Shown here piece by piece: positions 9,177-18,162 of a stretch of 64,000 nt of DNA. How positions within the stretch are numbered: position 1 is the stretch's first letter; every line of letters begins with the position of its first letter. The stretch is from Candidatus Enterousia sp. GTDB taxonomy: Bacteria > Pseudomonadota > Alphaproteobacteria > Rs-D84. The stretch is from NCBI GenBank assembly GCA_045612805.1, contig JAZKZR010000010.1, positions 263,965-327,964 of the forward strand. The letters run 5' to 3'. The notes beneath the pieces are model-generated. The model was not told the DNA's origin. It saw only the letters and a list, made by a program, of their open reading frames with translations, and made no database searches. The position numbers and the translations under genes are program-made.

Positions 9177-10317
9177 AAAAATTCACCTTTCATAGGGTTC
9201 GTTTTTGATTCTAACCCATTTTTCCGAAAAATCTAGTCTTTTAGAAAGCCGTCTAACTGTCCTGTATTGTGGCGTATCATAAAAAATCAAAAAGGTACTG
9301 TCTGGACATTTTTCTACTGAGGGTAACGGCGAGCGAGGCACTTCGCTAGCGTCAGAACAAAAAATAGGTGCGCAGGTGCGCACTTTGGGTATTTATTGTG
9401 TAAAAACAAAGCGTTAAGTGCGCACCTGGGGTGCGCACCAGGTTCGCACCCATGATTTCAGTTCTGAAATCACATCTGAAATCAGATACGATATCGTGTA
9501 CGATTTCATATACGATATCGTGGGTAAAGAAAAAGAAAGAAGTAAGTAGTAAAGAAAAAGATAAATATAAAGAAAAAGATAATTGTAAAGAAAGAGAAAG
9601 AAGTAATGCAGGTTAAAATTGTTGAAAACCTGTTGAAAACTCACGCACATCTGTTGGTATAGTTTGTAATGCTTTGCAATGTGTTGATAACTATTTTGTG
9701 CGCACCAGATGTATCACAAAGTATCAATGTGTTTTGCTATGCAAGGATGATAGTTAGCAATATGGCTTGTTACATACAGAGCAAAAAAGGTGTCCGCAGT
9801 CCGCACTTTGGGTGTTTGTTTCGTAAAAACAATAAGTGCGTATCATTGGTGCGTGCCTAGTATGCATCAAAACAAAAAAGGTACTGTAACGGGAGTTTCA
9901 ATCAAGGGTAACGGCGAGCGAGGCACTTCGCTACACACAGGATATTTTTTTAAGCCGCATGCCGCACCCACACCTTAAATTAGCCTGAAATTAGACCTGA
10001 TATTAGCGGTAAAGATAAAGAAAAGTAGTATAGAAAAAGATAATGATAAAGATAAAAAATTGATAATTGTAAAGAAAAAGAAAGTAGTGTATACCGGTTC
10101 ACAGTTGAAAATTTGTTAAAAAATTATGTGCATCTGTTGGTATAAATTGTAATGTGCTAATCTGTTCACAGATAAATCTATATCCAAAAATTTCTTATTT
10201 TTTTATCCAAATGTATTGTGGTGTATCATAATGTATCAACTGCAAAATCTGCAGAAAATAAGGCCTTTACAAATGAAATTTTTTCATGCATGGTGGTAAT
10301 GAAGCAAAGGATTTTTT

Positions 10318-10689
10318 ATGAACGATTTTGAGTTTGTTGTTGATTTGTTAAGTAAAACAGGTGCTGTTGGCAACTGCATTATAGACCTGGAAATAACGAA
10401 ACGGAATTTTAATGCGTTAAAGGGCAACAATGATGTGCGGATACAAAAACAGCTCAACATCAGTTTGCAAAGATATCACAATGAAATTGACGAACTGCAT
10501 AGAATAGTTGGCGTCAATCTGCCATCGCCAAACGAACCAATACCACATAACCCCAGAAACGAATTGCAATATATTACCGACAGAATCCCCGCATATGTAG
10601 CCTTACGAGAACTAAAAGGCGACCTCAGAGCATATGCAATAGATTGTCTGTTGCCTAAATCACCAATATATAAATCCGGAGCTGTATAA
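10318..10689 (+). CDS. Hypothetical protein
   Basis: 123 aa ORF with AAGGA RBS; family not recognised. Confidence 0.65.
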   Translation: MNDFEFVVDLLSKTGAVGNCIIDLEITKRNFNALKGNNDVRIQKQLNISLQRYHNEIDELHRIVGVNLPSPNEPIPHNPRNELQYITDRIPAYVALRELKGDLRAYAIDCLLPKSPIYKSGAV

Positions 10690-10749
10690 TGCTGGGAACG
10701 AAAGGATATTTTTAAATGTAGTTGCGTAAGAAAATAAACTTAGTTTATA

Positions 10750-10778
10750 TTGATTTTTTTGTGTAGCAGATGTACAAT
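10750..10778 (+). promoter_or_regulatory. Sigma70-type promoter of the hsdR operon
   Basis: TTGATT-N17-TACAAT, 40 bp upstream of hsdR; the spacer contains TGTGTAGC. Confidence 0.6.
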
Positions 10779-10818
10779 AAAACGGAGTATAAACAATTTA
10801 CAACCTTATGGATGAAAC

Positions 10819-13800
10819 ATGGCTTTTAATGAAGATACCAGAGTAAAAATTCCCGCAATCTTAACGTTGACAAGATTGGGGTATAAATATTTGTCCTTGA
10901 AAGATAGACAAGATATTGATCCAAAAACAAACATATTTACTGATATCTTTTTTGAATGCCTGCAACAATTGAACCCAAACACAGAGGAAGAGGATCTAAA
11001 AAAGTATTTTAATAAATTGCAAACAATGTTGGATAATGATGATCTGGGGAAAGAATTTTACAATGCTTTGATAAACTCTTCAGGCATAAAACTAATAGAC
11101 TGGGACAATATAGGTAGAAATCAACTGCATGTTTGTACAGAGTTAACATGTGGAAATAAAGACGATGATAATTTTAGGCCAGATATCACGTTGCTCATGA
11201 ACGGCATGCCTTTAGCTTTTATAGAGGTCAAAAAGCCAAACAATCGCGAGGGTATATTGGCAGAACGAAACAGGATCAATGTTCGATTTAAAAATAGAAA
11301 GTTCCGTCGTTTTATCAACATCTCTCAGATTTTATTATTTTCTAACAACATGGAATATGACGAAGAAGATGTTGTGCCAATTCAGGGGGCTTTTTATGCT
11401 ACAGCTAGCAAAAGTAAAGCATTTTTTAATCAGTTCAAAGAAGAACCAAATAACAAAGCTTATTTGTATGGGTTGTTGCGTGATGAAAATGATAAAATAG
11501 AAAACGAAGTTCTGCGTGACACGAATTATGCAGTCATGAAATCCAGTAAAGAGTTTGAGGTTAATAAACAACCGGATACTCCAACAAATAGAGCGATAAT
11601 TTCTTTGTTTGCTCCAGAACGTATATTTGATTTTCTAAAATATGGCTTAGCGTACGTTGAATACGACGATGAAGATGGAAAGCATGTTTTGCAGAAACAC
11701 ATTATGCGTTATCCACAATTTTTTGCTAGCAAGGCAATACAAAACAAACTGGATAAAGGAGTAAAGAAAGGCATAATTTGGCATACCCAAGGGTCTGGGA
11801 AAACAGCATTGGCATACTTTAATGTGCGCTGGTTAACGGATTACTTTGCAAAAAAGAAGATATTACCAAAATTTTATTTCATTGTTGATAGAATCGATTT
11901 GCGAAATCAGGCGGCTAGTGAATTTTCAATTAGGGGGCTGAAAGTTAACAGTATAGAAAGCAAGGAAGATTTTATAAGTGATCTTAAGAAAAAATCTACG
12001 ATCAGCAGTACAACTGGCGAACGTGAAATAACAGTGTTAAATATTCACAAGTTTTCAGAAGATGCCAGAGCAACAACAGAAAAAGATTATGATATAAAAA
12101 CACAACGCGTTTATTTCATAGACGAAGCACATCGTAGTTACAATCCTAAAGGTAGTTTCTTGGCCAACTTGGCTCAGTCTGATCCAAATGCGATTATAAT
12201 TTCTCTTACTGGCACTCCATTGTTGGGTAAAGGTGAAAAACGTATCGCCAGTACAGGTATATTTGGGGACTATATACACAAGTATTATTACAACCAGTCT
12301 ATTGCTGATGGTTATACTTTACGTTTGATTCGTGAGGAAATAGAAACAGAATACAAAATACAATTAAAGGAAATTTTTGAAAAGTTAGAAGTCAAACAAG
12401 GTGATGCCCAAAAGAAACAGATTCTTGCTCATAAGAAATTCTGTACGCCATTATTGGAATACGTTGTAACAGATTTACGCAAAGCTCGCATACAGCACAA
12501 TGATGATTCTATCGGTGGTATGGTGGTTTGTGATAGTTCTGAACAAGCGGAAATGTTATCAAAGTTGTTCAAAGAAAATTATGAAGACAAAGCGAAAGAC
12601 AAACATACTCCGAATACAGCAGCTCTGATTTTACATAACGAAGGTGATAAACAGAGCAGAAAAGATGACATCAAAAGTTTTAAGAACGGAAAGATAGATA
12701 TTCTGTTTGTTTATAACATGTTGTTGACAGGGTTTGATGCACCACGATTGAAAAAACTGTATTTAGGACGTGTCATAAAGGAACACAATCTATTGCAAAC
12801 ATTGACTCGAGTCAATCGTCCATATAACGATTTTCGTTACGGTTACGTGGTGGATTTCGCTGATATTAAAGCCGAATTTGATAAGACAAATCAAGCGTAT
12901 TGGAAAGAATTACAGTCCGATTGGGGCGATGATATGAAGGGGTATGAAAACCTTTTCAAGTCAGCAGACGAGATAAAAGAAGACATAGAAAACATAAAGC
13001 ATGTTCTGTGGGAATATGATACAAAGAATGCGGAGATATTCCAACAACAAATAAGCGAAATAAAAGACAAGTCGTTGCTTTTAGACTTGGTAAAAGCACT
13101 TAAAAAAGCGGCAGAGTTGTTCAATCTTATCAGATTGAATGGTTATACCGATCTGTTGGATAAATTAGATTTTCATCAATTTAAAATACTCCAATCAGAG
13201 GCAGAACATAGAATAGCTCTTATCAACCAGAAAGAGGCATTGTCTTCGGGTGAAGATATAACAGGTTTGTTGAACGAAGCTTTGGAAGACTCGATATTTA
13301 TGTTTCGTAAAACTGGTGAAACACAATTAGATTTGGCAGCAAATACGTTTAAGGACACATTGCACAGAACTCGTGAGATGATGGGGCAAACTCCAGATAA
13401 AAAAGATCCAGAGTGGATTTCTTTGAAAGACGAAATAGAACGTTTGTTGAGAGATAAAAACTGGGAAGAGGCATCTGCAGAGGATATAAACGAAGGCACT
13501 AAGATACTAGAAGGTATTTATAGCAGAATTGCCGAATTAAACCGCAAAGACTCATTGCTTGCTCAGAAATACAATAATGATGTGAAGTATGTTCGGTTAC
13601 ACAAAGAATTTATGCGACAAGGCTTATCTAAAAACGAACAACAGGTATTTGATATCCTTATCGGAATAAAGAACGATACGGACGAAAAATTACTAAATTC
13701 AGACATTTTGAATAGCAATGAAAGTTACTTTGATGGCTATATACAACAGCAGGTTGTATTAAAATTCCGAGATGGTGGCGTTCATCTTAATCCGGAAGTT

Positions 13801-13866
13801 GCAAAACTTGTAAAAAATGCTATTGTCAAAGAGTACACAAATGAAAGAGAAGGTATTGTAGAATGA
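10819..13866 (+). CDS. hsdR: Type I restriction endonuclease subunit R
   Basis: RPD...IEVKK nuclease motif, HTQGSGKT Walker A, DEAHRS, LTGTP, MLLTGFDAP, QTLTRVNR. Confidence 0.97.
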   Translation: MAFNEDTRVKIPAILTLTRLGYKYLSLKDRQDIDPKTNIFTDIFFECLQQLNPNTEEEDLKKYFNKLQTMLDNDDLGKEFYNALINSSGIKLIDWDNIGRNQLHVCTELTCGNKDDDNFRPDITLLMNGMPLAFIEVKKPNNREGILAERNRINVRFKNRKFRRFINISQILLFSNNMEYDEEDVVPIQGAFYATASKSKAFFNQFKEEPNNKAYLYGLLRDENDKIENEVLRDTNYAVMKSSKEFEVNKQPDTPTNRAIISLFAPERIFDFLKYGLAYVEYDDEDGKHVLQKHIMRYPQFFASKAIQNKLDKGVKKGIIWHTQGSGKTALAYFNVRWLTDYFAKKKILPKFYFIVDRIDLRNQAASEFSIRGLKVNSIESKEDFISDLKKKSTISSTTGEREITVLNIHKFSEDARATTEKDYDIKTQRVYFIDEAHRSYNPKGSFLANLAQSDPNAIIISLTGTPLLGKGEKRIASTGIFGDYIHKYYYNQSIADGYTLRLIREEIETEYKIQLKEIFEKLEVKQGDAQKKQILAHKKFCTPLLEYVVTDLRKARIQHNDDSIGGMVVCDSSEQAEMLSKLFKENYEDKAKDKHTPNTAALILHNEGDKQSRKDDIKSFKNGKIDILFVYNMLLTGFDAPRLKKLYLGRVIKEHNLLQTLTRVNRPYNDFRYGYVVDFADIKAEFDKTNQAYWKELQSDWGDDMKGYENLFKSADEIKEDIENIKHVLWEYDTKNAEIFQQQISEIKDKSLLLDLVKALKKAAELFNLIRLNGYTDLLDKLDFHQFKILQSEAEHRIALINQKEALSSGEDITGLLNEALEDSIFMFRKTGETQLDLAANTFKDTLHRTREMMGQTPDKKDPEWISLKDEIERLLRDKNWEEASAEDINEGTKILEGIYSRIAELNRKDSLLAQKYNNDVKYVRLHKEFMRQGLSKNEQQVFDILIGIKNDTDEKLLNSDILNSNESYFDGYIQQQVVLKFRDGGVHLNPEVAKLVKNAIVKEYTNEREGIVE

Positions 13867-15485
13867 ACGATTACACGATCCAGACAAAACAGTTAATCGA
13901 TGAACTGAAAGCTATTTGCACCAGTAATGGTCTTGGTAATGATGGAAATGAATTTAAGATCATAACACAGGTCTTTTTGTACAAGTATTTAAACGACAAG
14001 TTTATGCACGAGATTAAACTGGCGGATCCAAAATTACATAATGCAGGAAACGTAGAAGCAATATTACAGAACTATTCGGACGATGATTATGAAATGTTGT
14101 TAATGTCTCTGCATCCTTCGGCGGCTCGACTGAAAAGAGAGCATTTCCTGTCTTTCTTGGCTGGTCATGCAAATGATGACGATTTTCATAAACGGTTTGA
14201 TGATACATTGGCGGATATAGGTAGATTTAATGAGGCCATATTCTCTATCAAAACAGATAGCGGAGCAAAGGTAGTCTTGTTTGATGAATTATCACAATTC
14301 ATTACTGATCCAAGCAAGCGAGACGGTTTCTGTCGTGCTATTATAGCAAGATTGACCGAGTTTAGTTTCGAACACGTATTCGATGCAGGATACGATTTCT
14401 TTGCAACAATATTTGAATACTTGATTAAAGATTACAATAAAGACGGCGGCGGCAAATATGCTGAGTATTATACACCTCATGCCGTTGCTCGTATAATGTC
14501 AGCTATTTTGGTTGACGGTAACCCGACAAATGTAAAGGTATATGACCCATCGGCAGGCTCGGGAACTTTGTTGATGAGTATCGCACACGCTATCGGTGAC
14601 GATAAATGCACAATATATTCACAAGATATATCGCAGAAATCGTCTGGGATGTTGCGTCTGAATCTTGTGTTGAATAATTTGGTTAGTTCAATTCCTAACG
14701 TTATTCAGGGTAATACCATATTATCCCCAAGACATTTTGATAAAGAGGGCAATTTACAAAAGTTTGACTATATAGTATCTAATCCGCCATTTAAATTAGA
14801 TTTTAGCGATTTCAGGGCAGATTTGGATAAGCCAGGTAATAACGAAAGATTCTTTGCTGGCATACCCGCTATACCGAATAAATCAAAGGATAAAATGGCA
14901 ATATATTTGCTTTTTATTCAGCATATAATGTTTTCTTTAGCGGACGAGGGCAAAGCGGCTATCGTTGTGCCAACCGGATTTATTACCGCACAAAGTGGTA
15001 TTGAACGCAAGATACGTGAAAGGATGATAGAGAAACAGTGGTTGAAAGGTGTTATTTCTATGCCATCCAATATTTTTGCAAATACTGGAACAAACGTGTC
15101 TGTTATATTCTTGGATAAATCAAATAAAGACAAAGTTGTATTGGTTGATGCCAGCAAACTTGGTACTAAGGTAAAAGATGGTAAAAATCAAAAGACAATT
15201 TTATCACCAGAAGAAGAACAAAAAATCATAGATGCATTCAGAAATAAGCAAGCTGTTGATGATTTTAGTGTGGTTCTGTCTTACGATGAAATAAAAGACA
15301 AAAACTATTCGTTCTCGGCCGGTCAGTATTTTGATGTAAAAATTGAATATGTCGACATTACGGCAGAAGAATTTGAAGCGAAAATGACCGCCCACAAACA
15401 AGCATTAAAAGATATGTTTTCTCAATCACACGATTTGGAAAACAATATCATAGAACAGTTAGGTAAATTGAAGTTTGGAGAATAG
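13863..15485 (+). CDS. hsdM: Type I R-M N6-adenine methyltransferase subunit M
   Basis: EYYTP, YDPSAGSGTLL and NPPF motifs; 4-bp overlap with hsdR. Confidence 0.97.
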   Translation: MNDYTIQTKQLIDELKAICTSNGLGNDGNEFKIITQVFLYKYLNDKFMHEIKLADPKLHNAGNVEAILQNYSDDDYEMLLMSLHPSAARLKREHFLSFLAGHANDDDFHKRFDDTLADIGRFNEAIFSIKTDSGAKVVLFDELSQFITDPSKRDGFCRAIIARLTEFSFEHVFDAGYDFFATIFEYLIKDYNKDGGGKYAEYYTPHAVARIMSAILVDGNPTNVKVYDPSAGSGTLLMSIAHAIGDDKCTIYSQDISQKSSGMLRLNLVLNNLVSSIPNVIQGNTILSPRHFDKEGNLQKFDYIVSNPPFKLDFSDFRADLDKPGNNERFFAGIPAIPNKSKDKMAIYLLFIQHIMFSLADEGKAAIVVPTGFITAQSGIERKIRERMIEKQWLKGVISMPSNIFANTGTNVSVIFLDKSNKDKVVLVDASKLGTKVKDGKNQKTILSPEEEQKIIDAFRNKQAVDDFSVVLSYDEIKDKNYSFSAGQYFDVKIEYVDITAEEFEAKMTAHKQALKDMFSQSHDLENNIIEQLGKLKFGE

Positions 15486-15489
15486 CAAA

Positions 15490-17079
15490 ATGAAAATGAG
15501 AAGGTTGCATATTCATAATTATAGATCAGTAAAAGATTCTGATATTGATATGCAAGATTATTCTTTGCTTGTAGGAAGTAATAACGTTGGGAAAAGCAAT
15601 GTAATTGATGCAATACGTTGTTTTTATGAGGATATTAAATTTGAACCAAGTGATTTGTGTAACAAGCACGATCCAGAAGATAGATTGTGTTGGATAGATG
15701 TAATTTTTGATTTGACGGATGATGAATATGATAGTTTAAAAGAAGAATATAAAATTGAAAAGAATAAATTAAAAGTAAGAAAGTTGTTGGTTCAAGATGG
15801 AGAAAGGAAGCCAGCGATATATGGGTATACTGCCAAAGGTATGGAAGATAGTCCTTTTTATGGCGCAAAAAATGTGCAACAAGGAAAATTAGGGCACATT
15901 GTTTATGTTCCAGCGATTTTAGATGTAAAAGAAAATACAAAGTTGACAGGATCGTCTTCTTTAAGAAACTTGTTAGAAATAGCTTTTAATAGCACCCTAG
16001 AAAAGGATGTAAATTATCAAGAAGTAGCAAAAAGTATAAATAAATTAACAAATTCTATGAAAGCAGAAGGTTCTGGGGCATTATCTAAACTAGAAACAGA
16101 TATAAATAATGAGCTTGATGATTGGGGTATTAACATAAATTTTAAATTGCGAACACCATCTGCGAATGACATACTTAAAAATATGCTTGATTATAATATG
16201 CAAGAAAGTGATCAGGAGATTTCGTTAGAACGTTTGGGGACAGGTTTTCAAAGACATTTTATATACAATCTTATAAAATTAAGCAGTAATTATACGGAAG
16301 TAAAAGAAAAGAAAGATAAAGATTTTACCCCAAACATGACGTTGTTGTTATTCGAAGAGCCAGAAGTGTTTCTTCATCCAACAGCTCAAGAAAATTTATC
16401 TTTGTATTTACGCAAGTTTGCATCACACAGCACAAACCAAGTTTTGATTTCTACACATTCTAGTCAGTTTGTATCTATGAATATTATGGATATTTATTCT
16501 ATAATAAGGTTAGAAAAACAAGATGATATTACTCATATTTATCAAATGAAATTATCTATAGATGAATTAGAAAAATGTAAAAATTTAGTGTTTTTCGATA
16601 GACCAAGGAGTGATTTGTTTTTTGCTACAAAGGTTATTTTAGTCGAGGGTGCTACAGAATATATGTTTTTTAATTATATAAAACAGAAAAATTTAATTGA
16701 TACAGAAAGCACAACGAAAGTTTGTTGTATTGATACGTTGGGTAAGCAAAGCATGCCATATTTCATTAAAATATTAAAAAATTTTCATATAAAGTATTCA
16801 GTGCTATGGGATCTTGATACAAAACCAAATGTTGACCCAATGACAAATCAGCATAATAAGGCAATAGTCGAATCTTTTGATGAGCTAAAAGAATATCACT
16901 ATTGTTTTGAGAAAAATATAGAAGTGTTTTTGACTGGTGAAGAATGGGATCATAATGGAAACAAGGTAGTATCTTTTATAAAGAAAGTAGAGAATGGGGA
17001 GGTGGCGGACGAGAAAAAAGATGAGCTGATACAGATTTTTCAGAATTTAATCACCAAGCAAGAAGGTTTAAATGAATAA
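15490..17079 (+). CDS. OLD-family ABC ATPase-TOPRIM nuclease
   Basis: Walker A GSNNVGKS, signature LGTGFQR, Walker B FEEPE..LHP, STHS; TOPRIM motifs ILVEGATE and DLD. ATG 15490 follows GGAG. Confidence 0.9.
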   Translation: MKMRRLHIHNYRSVKDSDIDMQDYSLLVGSNNVGKSNVIDAIRCFYEDIKFEPSDLCNKHDPEDRLCWIDVIFDLTDDEYDSLKEEYKIEKNKLKVRKLLVQDGERKPAIYGYTAKGMEDSPFYGAKNVQQGKLGHIVYVPAILDVKENTKLTGSSSLRNLLEIAFNSTLEKDVNYQEVAKSINKLTNSMKAEGSGALSKLETDINNELDDWGININFKLRTPSANDILKNMLDYNMQESDQEISLERLGTGFQRHFIYNLIKLSSNYTEVKEKKDKDFTPNMTLLLFEEPEVFLHPTAQENLSLYLRKFASHSTNQVLISTHSSQFVSMNIMDIYSIIRLEKQDDITHIYQMKLSIDELEKCKNLVFFDRPRSDLFFATKVILVEGATEYMFFNYIKQKNLIDTESTTKVCCIDTLGKQSMPYFIKILKNFHIKYSVLWDLDTKPNVDPMTNQHNKAIVESFDELKEYHYCFEKNIEVFLTGEEWDHNGNKVVSFIKKVENGEVADEKKDELIQIFQNLITKQEGLNE

Positions 17080-17557
17080 AAAAGATTTGCTTGTTAGTTT
17101 GTTAAAAGAATCTGTTGATAAGTTATATCAGGAACAGGTTTGTTTGTTAGTTCGTTCTGGTATGGAACAAGCAGCGGTTGCTAGAGTGTTTTTTTACATG
17201 CAGATGGCACTTTATACAGATCCTAGGTTTATTCAGTTCAGATCGTTGTATTTAGATTCTGAATATAATAAAAATGGTGTTGCACCGAAAATATTATATG
17301 GTGCTTCTACTAGACCGGATTTAATTCTTCATAATAGATGTTGTGGAGAAACATCAACAAATGTATTGGTTGTAGAATTTAAAGTTGAAAATGAAAATAT
17401 AGAAGATGACTATAGAAAATTACGTGGTTACACATCTCAATATGAACAATATAAATATTTTTTAGGTGTTTCTGTTAAATTAAATAGAGAAAATGCGTTG
17501 TACAAGTATTTCCAAAAAGGTCAGGAAAAAGATGAAGCAGGATTATGTGTAGAATAA
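17072..17557 (+). CDS. Putative PD-(D/E)XK nuclease
   Basis: DSEYNK, RPDLILH and VVEFK motifs; overlaps the end of the OLD gene. Confidence 0.65.
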   Translation: MNKKDLLVSLLKESVDKLYQEQVCLLVRSGMEQAAVARVFFYMQMALYTDPRFIQFRSLYLDSEYNKNGVAPKILYGASTRPDLILHNRCCGETSTNVLVVEFKVENENIEDDYRKLRGYTSQYEQYKYFLGVSVKLNRENALYKYFQKGQEKDEAGLCVE

Positions 17558-17574
17558 GAAGACAGGAGTAAGTA

Positions 17575-18162
17575 ATGCCCCAAAAAGATAGATTAAGAAG
17601 TTTGTATGATTTTCAGTATGGTTTAGGTAATGTTAATCCTGATAATGGTGGACAATATCCTGTTTACGGCAGTAATGGTATTATAGGGTACTATGATCAG
17701 TATAATTCTGAAGACGCGCCTGTTGTGGGGCATATTGGGGCAAATGCGGGCGTGGTTGTTTTTGGTAGAGGAAAACATTATGTTACATACAATGGGGTTA
17801 TTTGTAAAACCAAAGACGGAATAAATAGCAAATACGCATATTATGTGTTGTTAAATGCTAATCCTAAGAAGTTAACACGAGGCAGTACCCAACCTTTTAT
17901 ATCCTATGATATATTGAACGATATTCCTATTTTAAACCACGAACAACAAGATCAAATAAAAATAGGGAATGTTCTTTCTGCGCTGGATGAAAAAATAGAA
18001 TTGAATAACAAAATCAATCAAGAGCTAGAAAAAACGGCGAAAGATCTATATAACTATTGGTTCGTTCAGTTCGACTTTCCTGACGGAAATAAACGACCGC
18101 TTCTTTCCCGCATTTTCCACCTGTTAAAGCAAACCAGAAATTTGGAGGTGTGTCTTGCCTGA
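17575..18162 (+). CDS. hsdS: HsdS N-terminal half cassette (TRD-A), currently truncated at the inversion site
   Basis: One TRD plus the conserved helix LDEKIELNNKIN..LE..AKDLYNYWFVQFDFPD. Homology stops at KRP (18099) and an unrelated tail follows. Confidence 0.88.
   Translation: MPQKDRLRSLYDFQYGLGNVNPDNGGQYPVYGSNGIIGYYDQYNSEDAPVVGHIGANAGVVVFGRGKHYVTYNGVICKTKDGINSKYAYYVLLNANPKKLTRGSTQPFISYDILNDIPILNHEQQDQIKIGNVLSALDEKIELNNKINQELEKTAKDLYNYWFVQFDFPDGNKRPLLSRIFHLLKQTRNLEVCLA
18075..18099 (+). repeat. hsdS inversion site 1
   Basis: CTTTCCTGACGGAAATAAACGACCG is the exact reverse complement of 20044-20068. Confidence 0.92.

Larger units (their letters stand above)
8703..10240 (+). repeat. Array of diverged non-coding modules (conserved boxes, iteron-like repeats, A-rich tracts)
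   Basis: GGGTAACGGCGAGCG at 8761, 9321 and 9906; 29 bp identity between 9320-9348 and 9905-9933; GATAATTGTAAAGAAA at 9578 and 10062; CATCTGTTGGTATA at 9648 and 10131. Confidence 0.85.

Noticed and set aside
9414-9650. ORFs 9414-9650 (-) and 9431-9616 (+)
   Set aside because: Low-complexity translations (F/L/Y-rich or K/E-rich) of the A/G tract and short repeats, with no convincing RBS.
8703-10240. CRISPR array interpretation of the repeated boxes
   Set aside because: Units are about 560-590 bp apart and diverged, there are no regular 30-40 bp spacers, and no cas genes occur in the window.
17575-18162. Calling the hsdS halves pseudogenes
   Set aside because: They break exactly at shared inverted-repeat sites and rejoin in frame, which fits silent cassettes rather than decay.
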